Assembly: GCF_001194135.2 (NCBI RefSeq) | Contig: NC_068993.1 | Location: forward strand, 38,456,375-38,514,509 | Length of the DNA stretch: 58,135 bases | DNA from: Octopus bimaculoides | Taxonomy: Eukaryota | Direction of reading: 5' to 3' | Part shown: positions 12,870 to 25,205 of the stretch, in pieces | Layout: each line of letters begins with the position of its first letter | How positions within the stretch are numbered: the stretch's first letter is position 1 | The notes under the pieces: generated by a model | What the model was told of the DNA's origin: nothing | What the model saw: the letters and a program-made list of their open reading frames with translations, nothing else | Database searches by the model: none | Program-made: the position numbers and the translations under genes

Positions 12870-13844
12870 AGTGTGTATGTTTGTATGTGTGTATGTGCAT
12901 ATGTGTATGTGTGTGCCTATATATATATGTCTATGGTATGTGAAGTGATTGCTTGCGTCGCAGAGCTTGTATCACTGCAGGACTTTTCTTTGTTGGTCAA
13001 AAGCTATGTGTAAAATAACCAAAGTAAACTCGCAACCTTTAACTTTAATATTAATGCCTGAAATGGGGTGAGCTGGTAGAATTGTAAGTATATTGGGGTT
13101 GATAAAATAAGTACCAGTCATATATTGGGGTCGATGTAACTACTTACTCCCTTCTCTGAAATTGCCGGCCTTGTGCCAACATTTGAAGCCTATGTTTACT
13201 ACCGGACATAATATATTCGGTGCTGACCAAAGCCTTGTGAGTGGATTTGGTAGACGGAAACTGAAAGAAGCCTTGGTGCACCAGCATGACCGCAGCCACT
13301 TGGCTGAAACACATAAATAAATAAATAAATATATATGTGTATGTGTTTGTGCTTGTTCCCCACCACCACCACCACCACCACAGCTTGATAACCGATGTTG
13401 GCATGTCTACGTTCCTGTAACTTATCAGTTCAGCAAATGAGACCGATAGAATAAGTACTAGGTTTACAAAGAATAAGTCCCGCAATCGATTTATTCGACT
13501 AAAGATGGTGCTCCAGCATGGCCACAGTCAAATGNNNNNNNNNNNNNNNNNNNNNNNTATATATATAGATATATATCTATGAATTCTATCTGCCAAATTA
13601 TATGTGTGTGTGTGTGTGTGAGTTTATGTTTGTCTCCCACCACTGCTTGTCAACTGGTGTTGGTTTGTTAACTTCCCCATAAATTAGCAGTTTGGCAAAA
13701 GGGGATCAATAGAATGAGGTCCGGGGTTAAAAAAATTTAAGTACAATGGTAACTTTTTTCAACTAAACCCTTCAAGGTAATGCCCCAGCATGGCCACAGT
13801 CCAAGCCTGAAACAAGTAAATAATAGAAGATAAAAAAATACATA

Positions 13845-15495
13845 AGCGTGGTTGTGTGGTTAGAAGCTTGCTCCCTAATCACATGGTTCTGGGCTCAGTC
13901 CCACTGTGTGGCACCTTGCACAAGTGTCTTCTACTATAGCCTCAGGTCAACCAAAGCCTTGTGAGTAGATTTGGCAGATGGAAACTGAAAGAAGTCTTTC
14001 ATATGTGTATGTATGTATATGTATATATCAGGCTGAGTAAAAAGTAAGCAACGTTTTGAAACGTGGAATTCATTACAATATATTTCAACAAGGCAGAAAT
14101 TTTATTCATAATCAGCACATTTTCGCCAACAAATTACAAGTCTGTTTATTCCGGTAACATAAAAATCTGGAGTTCTGGAGCAGATGAAGTCTTTGAATGC
14201 ACTTTCAGCATCGGTTTGATTTTTGAACTCTTTCTCTCGCAGGAAACCATCAAGGTGCTTGAAAAAGTGGTAGGCAGTAGGAGAAAGGTCTGGGGAATAA
14301 GCTGGGTGGAGAAGAACTTCGTAGACAAGTTTCCTCAACTTCTGGAGCGTCATTAGTGAAACGTGTGGTCGAGTATTGTCATGAAGAATGATTGGCCCTC
14401 CTCTGTTGACCAATCTGGGATGGAGGAGTAGCAGATTTTCATTCATTTTGGCAATTTCATGGCAATATGTTTCTACAGTAATGGTTTTTCTAGGTTTTAA
14501 GAAGCTATAGTAAATGAGCCCAGCAGTACACCACCAAACAGTCACCATGACCTTCTTTTTGAAGAGGTTGGGTTCAGGGAAGGGTTTTGGTGCTTCATTC
14601 TGGTAAAACCACTTTCATCACAAGTTATAATATGGTCGAGAAATGGATCGGTCTGGTTACAGAGAAGAAGCGATGAGCAAATTTCATATCTGTGCATTTT
14701 CTGATTTTCATTCAAATCGTGTGGTACCCATTTGTTGAGCTTTTTTGATTTTTCAATGACATGCTAATGGTTGCAGGCAGTTTTCTGGCTAACTTGAAGT
14801 TCTTCTGCCAGTTCTTGAATGGTTTTATATGGATCTTTCTCAATGACGATCTTTAATTGACTGTCATTAATGACAGATGGGCGTCCAATATGCTGACTAT
14901 CACCAAGGCTCAAGTTTCCACTGCAAAATCGTTTAAACCATTTATGAGCTGACCACTCACTGGTCATTTCCTTATCAAATGTTTTGTTGATTTCGTGAGC
15001 AGTTTCAGCTGCTTTACGTCCTTTTTTGAAGTTGAATAACAAAATTGCTCGAACATCACACTTTGACTGTTCCATTTCAGATGATTGTAACAACGGTGAA
15101 GAAATATCAATGTTAATTTATTGCTGCATCTGGGCAGGCCTATGTCTGTATTATCAGAGAATTGCAAAAAAATGTTTAAAAAAAATTCAAAACTCTGCGA
15201 AAATCCGATACAGATTCTTCATGTTTCAAAACGTTGCTTACTTTTTACTCAACCTGATATTTATTTTTGTGTATCTTTGTGTCTGTGTTTGTCCGCCCCA
15301 ACATCGCTTGACAATTGTTGCCATTGCTGGTGTGTTTATGACCCCATAACTTAGCAGTTTGGTCAAAGAGTCTGTTAGAATAAGTACTAGGCTTAGAAAG
15401 AATAAGTCCTAGGGTTCATTACTTTCACAAAAACCCTTCAAAGTGGTGCTCCAGTGTGGCTGCAGTCAAATGACTGAAACAAGGAAAAGAATAAA
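13845..15495 (+). mobile_element. tRNA-derived SINE (family B) split in two by the mariner insertion
   Basis: The 5' half, GCGTGGTTGTGTGGTTAGAAGCTTGC...GGGCTCAGTCCC...GAAACTGAAAGAAG, is at 13845-14025. The 3' half, GTGTTTGTCC...AGAATAAGTACTAGGCTT...GTCAAATGACTGAAAC, is at 15260-15495. An uninterrupted copy lies on the minus strand at 45722-46123. Confidence 0.8.
14028..15257 (-). mobile_element. Full-length but inactivated mariner (DD34D) DNA transposon, 1230 bp
   Basis: The 35-bp TIRs TCAGG(C/T)TGAGTAAAAAGTAAGCAACGTTTTGAAAC at 14028-14062 and 15223-15257 differ at 1 position, and TA flanks both ends. Minus-strand ORFs 14764-15093 (HTH region, FKKGRKAAETAHEIN...WFKRF) and 14102-14548 (LHDNTRPH...YSPDLSPTAYHFF, 34-residue spacing, third Asp to Ala) are separated by a disrupted middle part. 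Confidence 0.95.
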
Positions 15496-16319
15496 AGAAT
15501 TTATGTACATGTGCATGTGTGAGTGCACGTAAATGCAATGAACGTGTGCACACGGATGTGTGTGTGTGTATGTGCATGGTTTCATTGTGTTACTTTCAGC
15601 ATTTGGTTCCATACCATTTTCTTTTCACAAGCAGGATATATTCTTCTGTACTCGCTACCTTAAGTGATCCATTTTCTCTTTACTCTGGAATATTGTCAGT
15701 GAAGTCCTTTCTTTTATTTTGGGTTCCTTTTTTGTTTACGATTCCAAATTTTTCCTTTGTTTATTTTTGTTTGTACTTTGAAGGAAAAACCAAAAAAAAA
15801 AAAAAAACTAACATAGTTTTATTTCTATTTTTATTTTTATTTTTTTTGTCGTATTTTATATATTTTTTCGTTTGTTTTGTCCTTGATGTCCTTCTCGTTC
15901 CGTATCTTCATTTGTTGGCGTTTCCTTTGTGTGGTTAGCAACAGACCTTTCCTCTAACCATTATTATCCACAAAACAACAACAACAACAGCAGTAGCAGC
16001 AGCAGTACAGAAGCAGTAATTGCAGCAGCAAAGTGTCCAGTTCTTCCAACATTCATCCAATCCATTGCTCTGGATTTTAAAAAAAGAAAAGAATGGTACC
16101 AACATCATCATGATTGTCATCATCAACAACAACAACAGCAGCAGCAGCAACAACAACAACAAAGCGCACATAAGGACTCTCTCTTTCTTTCTCTCAACCA
16201 CACACACACACACACACAAACATACACACACAAAAGGGAAAACAAGGAAAGACAAAAGATATTGTTAGGAAAACAACCAAAACACCAAAAATATCATAAA
16301 AAGAATATAAAAAAACATG

Positions 16320-16353
<34 letters not shown>

Positions 16354-18699
16354 NNNNNNNNNNCTCTCTCTCTCTCTCTCCCTCTCTCTCTCTCTCTCTT
16401 TCTGCCTGCCTGCCTGTTTGTTTGTCTGTCTCTCTCCCTTCTATGCCACCACCATACAAACCATCAGTACCACTGCCTCAACCACTACCACAACAAGAAT
16501 ATAGGGGATGATGGTAATGGTGGTGGCAATGGTGGTGTGGTGGTGGTGGTGGGAGGTGTGAAAAGAACAACAAGCAAACAAGCCATCAATAAAAGCCATC
16601 AACAACAATAGCAACAACAACAATAACAGCAACGACCATTATTATAAGAAGCCTTTAGTAAAGGAAAAAAAAGTATGAAGTTAACCTAGGACCATCACCA
16701 TAACCATTTGGCCACCATTGCCATCATCATCAGCATCACTACAACCATCATCATCATCATCATCATCATCGTCATCTTCATCACCATCATCACCATCACC
16801 ATCACCATTGTCATCATCAGCATCACTACAACCATCATCATCATCATCATCGTCATCTTCATCACCATCATCACCATCACCATTGTCATCATCATCATCA
16901 GCCTTGTAATCNNNNNNNNNNNNNNNNNNNNNNNNNNNNNNNNNNNNNNNNNNNNNNNNNNNNNNNNNNNNNNNNNNNNNNNNNNNNNNNNNNNNNNNNN
17001 NNNNNNNNNNNNNNNNNNNNNNNNNNNNNNNNNNNNNNNNNNNNNNNNNNNNNNNNNNNNNNNNNNNNNNNNNNNNNNNNNNNNNNNNNNNNNNNNNNNN
17101 NNNNNNNNNNNNNNNNNNNNNNNNNNNNNNNNNNNNNNNNNNNNNNNNNNNNNNNNNNNNNNNNNNNNNNNNNNNNNNNNNNNNNNNNNNNNNNNNNNNN
17201 NNNNNNNNNNNNNNNNNNNNNNNNNNNNNNNNNNNNNNNNNNNNNNNNNNNNNNNNNNNNNNNNNNNNNNNNNNNNNNNNNNNNNNNNNNNNNNNNNNNN
17301 NNNNNNNNNNNNNNNNNNNNNNNNNNNNNNNNNNNNNNNNNNNNNNNNNNNNNNNNNNNNNNNNNNNNNNNNNNNNNNNNNNNNNNNNNNNNNNNNNNNN
17401 NNNNNNNNNNNNNNNNNNNNNNNNNNNNNNNNNNNNNNNNNNNNNNNNNNNNNNNNNNNNNNNNNNNNNNNNNNNNNNNNNNNNNNNNNNNNNNNNNNNN
17501 NNNNNNNNNNNNNNNNNNNNNNNNNNNNNNNNNNNNNNNTATATATGTATGCATGAACACACCCACATAGATGTACATAAACATATACATACATACATAC
17601 ATACACCCCCACACATCTCTGTATATATATATAGTCACATATACATACGGATGCACACACACTTGCATACGGATGCACACATACACATATATACAGTCAC
17701 ACATACCTTCACATAAATATCATCATGTCATCACTCATGCATGCATATGTATATATGCAGATGCATGCTGTAACACATTCTCACACACACAGACATGTGC
17801 ATATGCATTCTCATACACAATTTCGCATTCATATATCCCCCCATACACACACGCCCACATATACACATATCCTTAAACACATTTTGATATGCATACACAC
17901 ACACATTCATTGCAACATACATTTGCACACACACTCACACACACAGAGATTCTCACACATGCACACACAAATGCATATCTTCCACCTCACCCTCCTACAC
18001 ACACACATAGACACACACATGCATGCATATACACACGTGTGCACACACACACACACACGCACACACATGCACACATACGCAGATACGCACACCACACACG
18101 TGTGCAGACACACACTCACACACACACACACACATACTATCCTGAACTCCCCTATATCGGTTTCCCAAATGAACTGACCCGTTTTGTTTGCTTTACCTCT
18201 TTTGTTGTTGTTGTTGTTGTAGCTATTGTTGTGGTTGTTGTTGCCATTGTTGATAAAGCCATTGTCATCCTTAGGTTTCGATTTTTACACCTCCAACACC
18301 ACCACCATCAGCATCCAACCAACCAGCCATCCATCCGGCCGGCTGGCCAGCCAGTCAGCCATCTCTCTCTGTTTCTCTCTCTTTGGTTCTGTCTCTCACC
18401 ACCACCACCAGCACCAANNNNNNNNNNNNNNNNNNNNNNNNNNNNNNNNNNNNNNNNNNNNNNNNNNNNNNNNNNNNNNNNNNNNNNNNNNNNNNNNNNN
18501 NNNNNNNNNNNNNNNNNNNNNNNNNNNNNNNNNCATCACCATCTCCTGCCAGTTTCCCACAATGCCCTATCACTCTGGCATTGTTCTCTCTTCCATTCTT
18601 TCCCTTTCCTTTACCAATTCCACAGACATCATTCTCCCCCCCCCCTTCTCTCTCTGTAGTTCTTCTCTGTTTCCAGTATTGTCTGAAATTCTTTCCCTT

Positions 18700-18742
18700 A
18701 CAGATCCTTCCTTCCTTCCCTTCTTTCTTGCTTCCTTTTCCC

Positions 18743-18780
<38 letters not shown>

Positions 18781-19176
18781 CCCCCATTCTTTCTCCCTCC
18801 TCCTTCTCAGATACTTTATTTTTTCTCCCCCCCCCTCTTTTATGATTTGTTTGTTGTTTGATTCTATTTTCCCTTCTCCTCCCACCCCGCTCAACCCTCC
18901 CACTCACCTTCCTTCTTTCCCCATCTTGTCCTTTCTTCCCCCTCCTCCTCCTCTTCCTCCTCCTTTTTCTTCTTTGCTTCTTCACACTCTGCACCACATC
19001 CACCTCCATGTTTTTGATTCCTTTATCATCATCATCATCATCATTATCTTTGTCACCATTGTCATCGTCATCAACATCACCATCATCATCATCGTCGTCA
19101 TCGTCATCATCATCCCCACCACCACCACCACCACCCACATCTTCATCAACATCATTATCATCATCATCATCATCAG

Positions 19177-19224
<48 letters not shown>

Positions 19225-19267
19225 CGTTATTATTATTATTATTATTTTAATTATTTTTATTATTATT

Positions 19268-19300
<33 letters not shown>

Positions 19301-19903
19301 CACACCATCTTTTTTGCTTTCTACAGTTGACCCATTCTTCTATAATAACCATTCTGATTTTTAGTCATCATCATCACCACCATCATCTTCACTGTCATCA
19401 TCAACTTTGTTGTCGTCGTCGTCATAACCACCACCACCATCCCCACCACCACCACCACCTCAATAATTGCTATGACCACTCATCATTATTATCATTTTCA
19501 CCATCTTCATAGCTTTATCATCGTCATCACTTTCATCATTAGGGTTGTCGTCATCACTATCATCGCTGCCGTTGCTATTCTCATTATAATCATTGTTGAT
19601 GTTGTCATCTTCACAGTCGTTGACATCATCATCATCATCATCATCGCCATCATCATCATCATCATCATCTTCATCATCATCATAGTTATCATCATCATCA
19701 TCGCCATCATCATCATTGCTGTCATCGCCATCATCATCATCTTCATCATCTTCATCATCATCATCGCCATCATCATCATCTTCATCATCATCATAGTCAT
19801 CATCATCATCATCTTCATCATCACCATAGTCGTCATCATCATCATCATCTTCATCATCATAGTCGTCTTCATCATCATCATAGTCGTCATCATCTTCATC
19901 ATC

Positions 19904-19934
<31 letters not shown>

Positions 19935-20080
19935 TCTTCATCATCATCATAGTCGTCATCATCATCATCCTCATCGCCATCATCATCGTCGTCCTCATGA
20001 TTGTTGTTGTCATCATCATCCAAGTCATCGTTTTTTTCATCATTGTCATCATCATCATCGTCATCGTCTTTGTCATCAAC
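18700..20080. repeat. Compound microsatellite block: (CTTT)n/(CCT)n, (ATT)n and a long degenerate (CAT)n array
   Basis: Visible directly. It produces the poly-I, poly-D and poly-M pseudo-ORFs in the track. Confidence 0.95.
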
Positions 20081-20224
20081 ACCATTGCCCCTCCCCCCCG
20101 TCTCCACCACCATCATGTTTGCACTCCTTGCTGTTCAACAGTACATTCCTTGTCTCTCCGTATTTCCTTCTCTCTCTCACTCTCTCACTCTCTCTTTCTC
20201 CATACTCTCCTTCATCATTCCACA

Positions 20225-20256
<32 letters not shown>

Positions 20257-21304
20257 ATCACTGCACTGTCTCTCCTTCATCTCCCTCTCGCCATGACCAA
20301 CTCTCCCATGAGACATCTTCTGTGAGATCATTGCGGAGTTCATTAAACAGAAACTATTTGGGCTTGTTCGGGTTGGGGTGGGGCGGGGTGGTGGTGTGAG
20401 TGAGGGGCTAGCAAAGCAACGGGGCAGGGGAGGGGGTAGAACTGTTGTGGCAGTAGTGGCCATACTGGTGCTGATGGTGTTGGTGGCATTGATGGTGAAG
20501 CACTGGTGAAACAGTATTGGCTGTAGTAATAGAAGTAACGGTAGCAGCAGCAGTAGTAATAGTAGTTGTAGTAGCAGTAGCAGCTGTAGTAGTAGAAGTA
20601 GTAGTTGTAGTAGTAGTAGTAGCTGCGGTAGTAGTAACAGCAGTATTAGTAGTGGTGGTAGTAGTAGTAGTAATAATAGTAGTAATAGTAGCAGTAGTAG
20701 TGGTAGTAATAGTATTAGCAGTAGTAGTGCTAGTAATAGTAGTAGCAGTAGTAGCAGCAGGGTGAGGGGGTGTTAATAGTGGTAGTGGTGGTGTGTGTTT
20801 TGTTTGTTTTTTTTTTGTGGTGGTAGTAATAGCGATGATTTTGGTGGTCATGGTATGGGCAGTGGTTAAAAGGGAAAAAAAATAACAATCTCATCCGCCG
20901 CCCCCCTCCTTCCTCCACCGCCACAGCCACCTTCAACCCCCAACCATCCACCACCATTATAACAATGCCAACATGTCTTACAAAGAAACACAAAAGGCAG
21001 AAGAACAGAGAGATAGAGAGAAGGGGATGATATGGTTAGCTGTCCAATGGAATGTCATAGTGCCATGCCTGTAAAAGATTGCTGATGGATGGCAGTGGCA
21101 TTGGTGGTGGTGCTGGCAGCAGTGGTGGTGTTGGTGCAGCTGCTGCTGGTGGCTGCGATATTGGTAAGAGCTTGTGGATGATGGTTCCACAAGAGATGAC
21201 TGTGGAGACACGCAGATATATAGCTTAATAATTGCTATTATCTTCAGCTTCTGGCTCAAACGGTAGAGCACCAAAACTCCATCAGAAAACATCTCTCCCT
21301 CCCA

Positions 21305-21362
<58 letters not shown>

Positions 21363-21629
21363 CTTCTCTTCAATGAAGAATTCTACCCAAAATGTTAAAC
21401 TTTTCCTCTTTGTCACGGTAAACCAATTTATTCCCTCTTTTAGAACGGTTTTTTTCCCTCACTAATTTTCCGATACTCACCTTCAAATGCTTCCTTGGAT
21501 CATACAGTTTATTTCGTCAAATACAGATACAACATTGATTTTTCCGGAATTTTTTCCAATGTCTTTCTAGATTCCTGATATTCCCAAGACAGTGGGGGTG
21601 GTCGCCCTCAACTTAAGCAAACAATGATT

Positions 21630-21858
21630 TCCAATTTTGGCACAATGCCAGCAATTTCGAGGGAGTAGAAAAAGTCATTTGCACTGCCCCACCAGTGCTC
21701 AACTGGTATTTATTTTGTAGACCCTGAAAGAATGAAAGGCAAAGTGAATCTCAGAAGAATTTGAACTTAGAATGTAAAGACAGACAAAATACCACGAAGT
21801 ATTTTGTCCAGCATGCAAATGAGTCTGCCAACTCACCACCTTAATGATAATAATAATA

Positions 21859-21889
<31 letters not shown>

Positions 21890-21926
21890 TAGTAATAATA
21901 ATAATAATGATGATGATGATAAAAGC

Positions 21927-21961
<35 letters not shown>

Positions 21962-22280
21962 TTATGATGATGATAAAAATAATAATGATGATAATAATAA
22001 CAACAATAATAATAATAATGATGATTATTATGATGATAATTATAATAATAATAACAACAATAATAATAATGATAATAATAATAATAATGATGATGATGAT
22101 GTGGGTATGAGTCGATTAAATCAACCCTAGTGTTTAACTGGTACTCATTTTAGCAAACCTCCAAAAGGATGAAAAGTAAAGTTGACCTTGACAGAATTTG
22201 AATTCAAAACATACCAATGGGTAAAATGCCATTACGCACTTCGTCCAGCTTGTTAATGATTCTGCCGGCTCGCTGCCTTA
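21630..22280 (-). mobile_element. Two decayed family-A SINE copies separated by an (AAT)n/(GAT)n array
   Basis: AGTGCTCAACTGGTATTTATTT...GAAAGGCAAAG...GAATTTGAACTTAGAA at about 21690-21770 and again at about 22130-22205, both matching the reverse complement of 56410-56645. Confidence 0.7.
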
Positions 22281-22323
22281 ATAATAATAATAATGATAAT
22301 AATAATAATGATAATAATAATAA

Positions 22324-22870
22324 TACCCGGATGCAGTACCAGGCTCTTGTGGCTTCTGATCTTAACTGATTGGAAGTGTTATCATGTACATTGTTTTGTT
22401 TTGGTATAAAAAATGGGCTGCAACAAAAATTCTGCTCAATACCATAGATTTGCTTGTCAGTTGTTTGACTTTAACCAGTTGAGCATGTCCTTTAGTGGCT
22501 GATAATATGTGCATCTCTGATCACGAGCAGAAGTAGTGGGGGAGCATCATAGCCATGTGTTGAAAGGAATTCTTTGGGGTTTGAATAATTCACCTTTGGA
22601 AACATGGGTGTTTTGTTCATCATCCTTAAACAAACCTTATTCAGGGACCTTTTGAGCGGGATGGGCTGCTCGACATGAAAAAAATTCCAACTGGGCCCCA
22701 CCTGCAAGGTCATGCACTGTTAATCTTAATATAAGATCATGTTGCGCACATATGGTTGTGATGCATGTGCCTAGAGTACCCTTATCAGACGGGTAGTCAT
22801 GATGGATATAATGGGCTTCGTATATTTTACCCCAGTATCACTTTGATGGCATGCACTGCTCTCTCACTCA
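22324..22870. mobile_element. About 550-bp interspersed element, copy 1 (class unknown, probably a retroposon)
   Basis: CCCGGATGCAGTACCAGG...GGCATGCACTGCTCTCTCACTCA is colinear with 24660-25205 and is bounded by (AAT)n on both sides. Confidence 0.8.
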
Positions 22871-22875
22871 ATAAC

Positions 22876-22922
<47 letters not shown>

Positions 22923-23363
22923 TTTCATTTATTTTCCACGTGGGTGAAAGGTGAGGGGGACAATACATAGACAGACATAAATTGTGGGGGTTTACATATA
23001 ATAATGAAATGATAGATAAAAATAAATAAATGAATAAATATGAAGAAAGAAAAAAAGTATACATGGTATACACTGGAAATGAAGTGACATATGCATAGCA
23101 TACAAAGGTAAAAAAAAAAGTGAGGGAGGATGATAGGGATGTGGCCCTCCTGATACAAGAACGCCTCTAGGGATAATCGAGGAACCTCACTGTCCGAGAT
23201 TTCCCTGAAACTCCAAGAGCAAGTGCCCTCTCCAATTCCTTCTCTCCGATTCACGGGTCTACACTTAGAGAGGTACCATCCACTCTTGCCATTTTTGAAA
23301 CTTTCACCCACCTTTCAATAAACTTACTCAAAGACAGCACTTGCCACTCCACTCTTGATTTCC

Positions 23364-23397
<34 letters not shown>

Positions 23398-23399
23398 GG

Positions 23400-23733
23400 A
23401 GACCCCCCATTCGTCATGAATGACCATGGGATTGCACCTAGAAAGTTACCCTCCAAGGCACAAGTCTGGGCAAGGTTGTTTATGGAAGACCAGCAGTCGC
23501 CCATGCATACTGGCCTCCCCTCTCCACGCCACCGATGTTATGCAAAGGAAAGGAAAAGGCCGATATAGCCAATATATGACGTCGCAACTCATTTCTACAG
23601 TTGAGTGAACTGGAGCAAAATGAAATAAAGTGTCTTGCTCAAGATCACAAAATGCAGCCCGGTCTGAGAATCGAACTCACAACCTCACGATCGTAAGCTC
23701 GATGCTCTAACCACTGAGTCGTGTGCCTTCACA
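23400..23733 (-). mobile_element. tRNA-derived SINE (family C), near full length
   Basis: The minus strand starts GAAGGCACACGACTCAGTGGTTAGAGC (A box) ... GAGTTCGATTCTC (B box), continues through a TTGAGCAAGACAC central motif, and ends in an (ATT)n tail. Related copies lie at 25910-26028, 26625-26862 and 29655-29880. Confidence 0.8.
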
Positions 23734-23754
23734 ATAATAATGATAATATTAATA

Positions 23755-23992
23755 ATAATTTATTTCTTTATTGCCCACAGAGGGGCTAAACATAGAGGGG
23801 ACAAACAAGGACAGACAAAGGGATTAAGTCAATTACATCGACTCCAGTGTGTAACTGGTACTTATTTAATCAACCCCGAAAGGATAAAAGGCAAAGCTGA
23901 CCTCAGCGGAATCTGAACTCAGAAAGTAATGGCAGACGAAATACCGCTAAGCATTTTGCCCAGTGTGCTAATGATTCTGCCAGCTCGATGCT
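23755..23992 (-). mobile_element. tRNA-derived SINE (family A)
   Basis: It is the reverse complement of 56410-56645, including the AAAGAAATA tail and the GAGCTGGCAGAATCATTAG head. Confidence 0.85.
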
Positions 23993-23994
23993 CT

Positions 23995-24038
<44 letters not shown>

Positions 24039-24039
24039 T

Positions 24040-24625
24040 AATAATCATCATCATCGTTGAACGTCCACTTTCCATGCTGGCATGGCTTGGACGGTTTCAC
24101 TGGGGACTGGTGAGCCAGATAGCTGCTCCAATCTGATCTGGCAGTTTCTACAGCTGGATGCTCTTCCTAACACCAACCACTCCGAGAGTGTAGTGGGTGT
24201 TTTTACATGCCACCGGCACAAGGGCCAGTCAGGCAGTACTGGCAACGGCCACGCTCAAATGGTGTTTTTATGTGTCACCTACACAGGAGCCAGTCCAGCA
24301 GCACTGGCAACGCCCTCGCTCCAATGTTGTTTTCCATGTATCACCGGCACAAGTGTCAGTAAGGCGGTGCTATTTACGTGCCACTGGCACGGGGGCCAGT
24401 CAGCAGCCCTGGCAATGATCACGCTCGGATGTTGCTCTTAGTACTCCACTAGCACGGATGCCAGTTATGCGGTGCTGTCATCGAATTTGATTTCGATTTC
24501 ACTTGCCTCAACAGGTCTTCACAAGCAGAGTTTAGTGTCTAATGAAAGAAAGGTATGCCTAAGTGGGCTGGTTACACCACCGGCATAGGCCACAGGTTAT
24601 GGTCTCACTTGGTTTGCTGGGTCTT
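24040..24625 (-). mobile_element. RTE-clade LINE 3' end: last codons, sub-repeated 3' UTR and (GAT)n tail
   Basis: The minus strand begins AAGACCCAGCAAACCAAGTGA (KTQQTK*, compare KTWQAK* at 11580-11600) and runs through 60-65-bp subrepeats to GCATCCAGCTGTAGAAAC...GGACGTTCAACGATGATG. Confidence 0.85.
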
Positions 24626-24659
24626 AATAATAATAATAGTAATAATAGTAATAATAATA

Positions 24660-25205
24660 TGCCCGGATGCAGTACCAGGCTGTGGCTCTCATGGCTTCTG
24701 ATCTTAATTGATTGGAAGTGTTATCATGTACAATGCTTTGTCTTGGTATAAAAGATGGGCTACAGCAAATATTCTGCTTAATACCACAGATTTGCTTGTC
24801 AGTTGTTTGACCTTAACCAGTTGAGCATGTCCCTTAGTGGCTGATGATATGTGCATCTCTGATCATGAGCAGAAGTAGTGGCGGAGCATCATAGCCATGT
24901 GTTGGGAGGAATTCTTTGAGGTTTGAATAATTCACTTCTGGAAACATGGGTGTTTTGCTCAACAACCTTTATTCAGCGACCTTTTGAGCAGGATGGGCTA
25001 CTCGACCTGAAGAAAATTCTAACTGGGCCCCACCTGCTAGGTCATGCGCTGTTTATCTTGATATGAGATCACCATGTCGCGCACATATGATTGTGATGCA
25101 TGTGCCTGGTGTACCCTTATCAGACGGGTAGTCACGGTGGGTATAATGGGCTTCGTATATTTTACCCCAGTGTCACTTTGATGGCATGCACTGCTCTCTC
25201 ACTCA
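24660..25205. mobile_element. About 550-bp interspersed element, copy 2
   Basis: Colinear with 22324-22870 with scattered substitutions and small indels, and has (AAT)n on both sides. Confidence 0.8.

Noticed and set aside
15935-16100. Minus-strand acceptor-like TTCTTTTCTTTTTTTTAAAATCCAG followed by MDWMNVGRTGHFAAAITASVLLLL
   Set aside because: The hydrophobic stretch comes from a (CAG/CAA)n repeat and ends in a stop after about 33 codons.
19460-20296. Poly-D, poly-I and poly-M ORFs that look like an acidic or membrane protein
   Set aside because: Several frames on both strands are open over a degenerate (CAT)n array, with no splice or codon evidence.
23660-23733. tRNA gene interpretation of A/B-box heads (also 30291-30365, 46050-46123, 56410-56490)
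   Set aside because: I could not fold a complete cloverleaf, and each head runs into a body repeated elsewhere in the window, so they are SINE heads.
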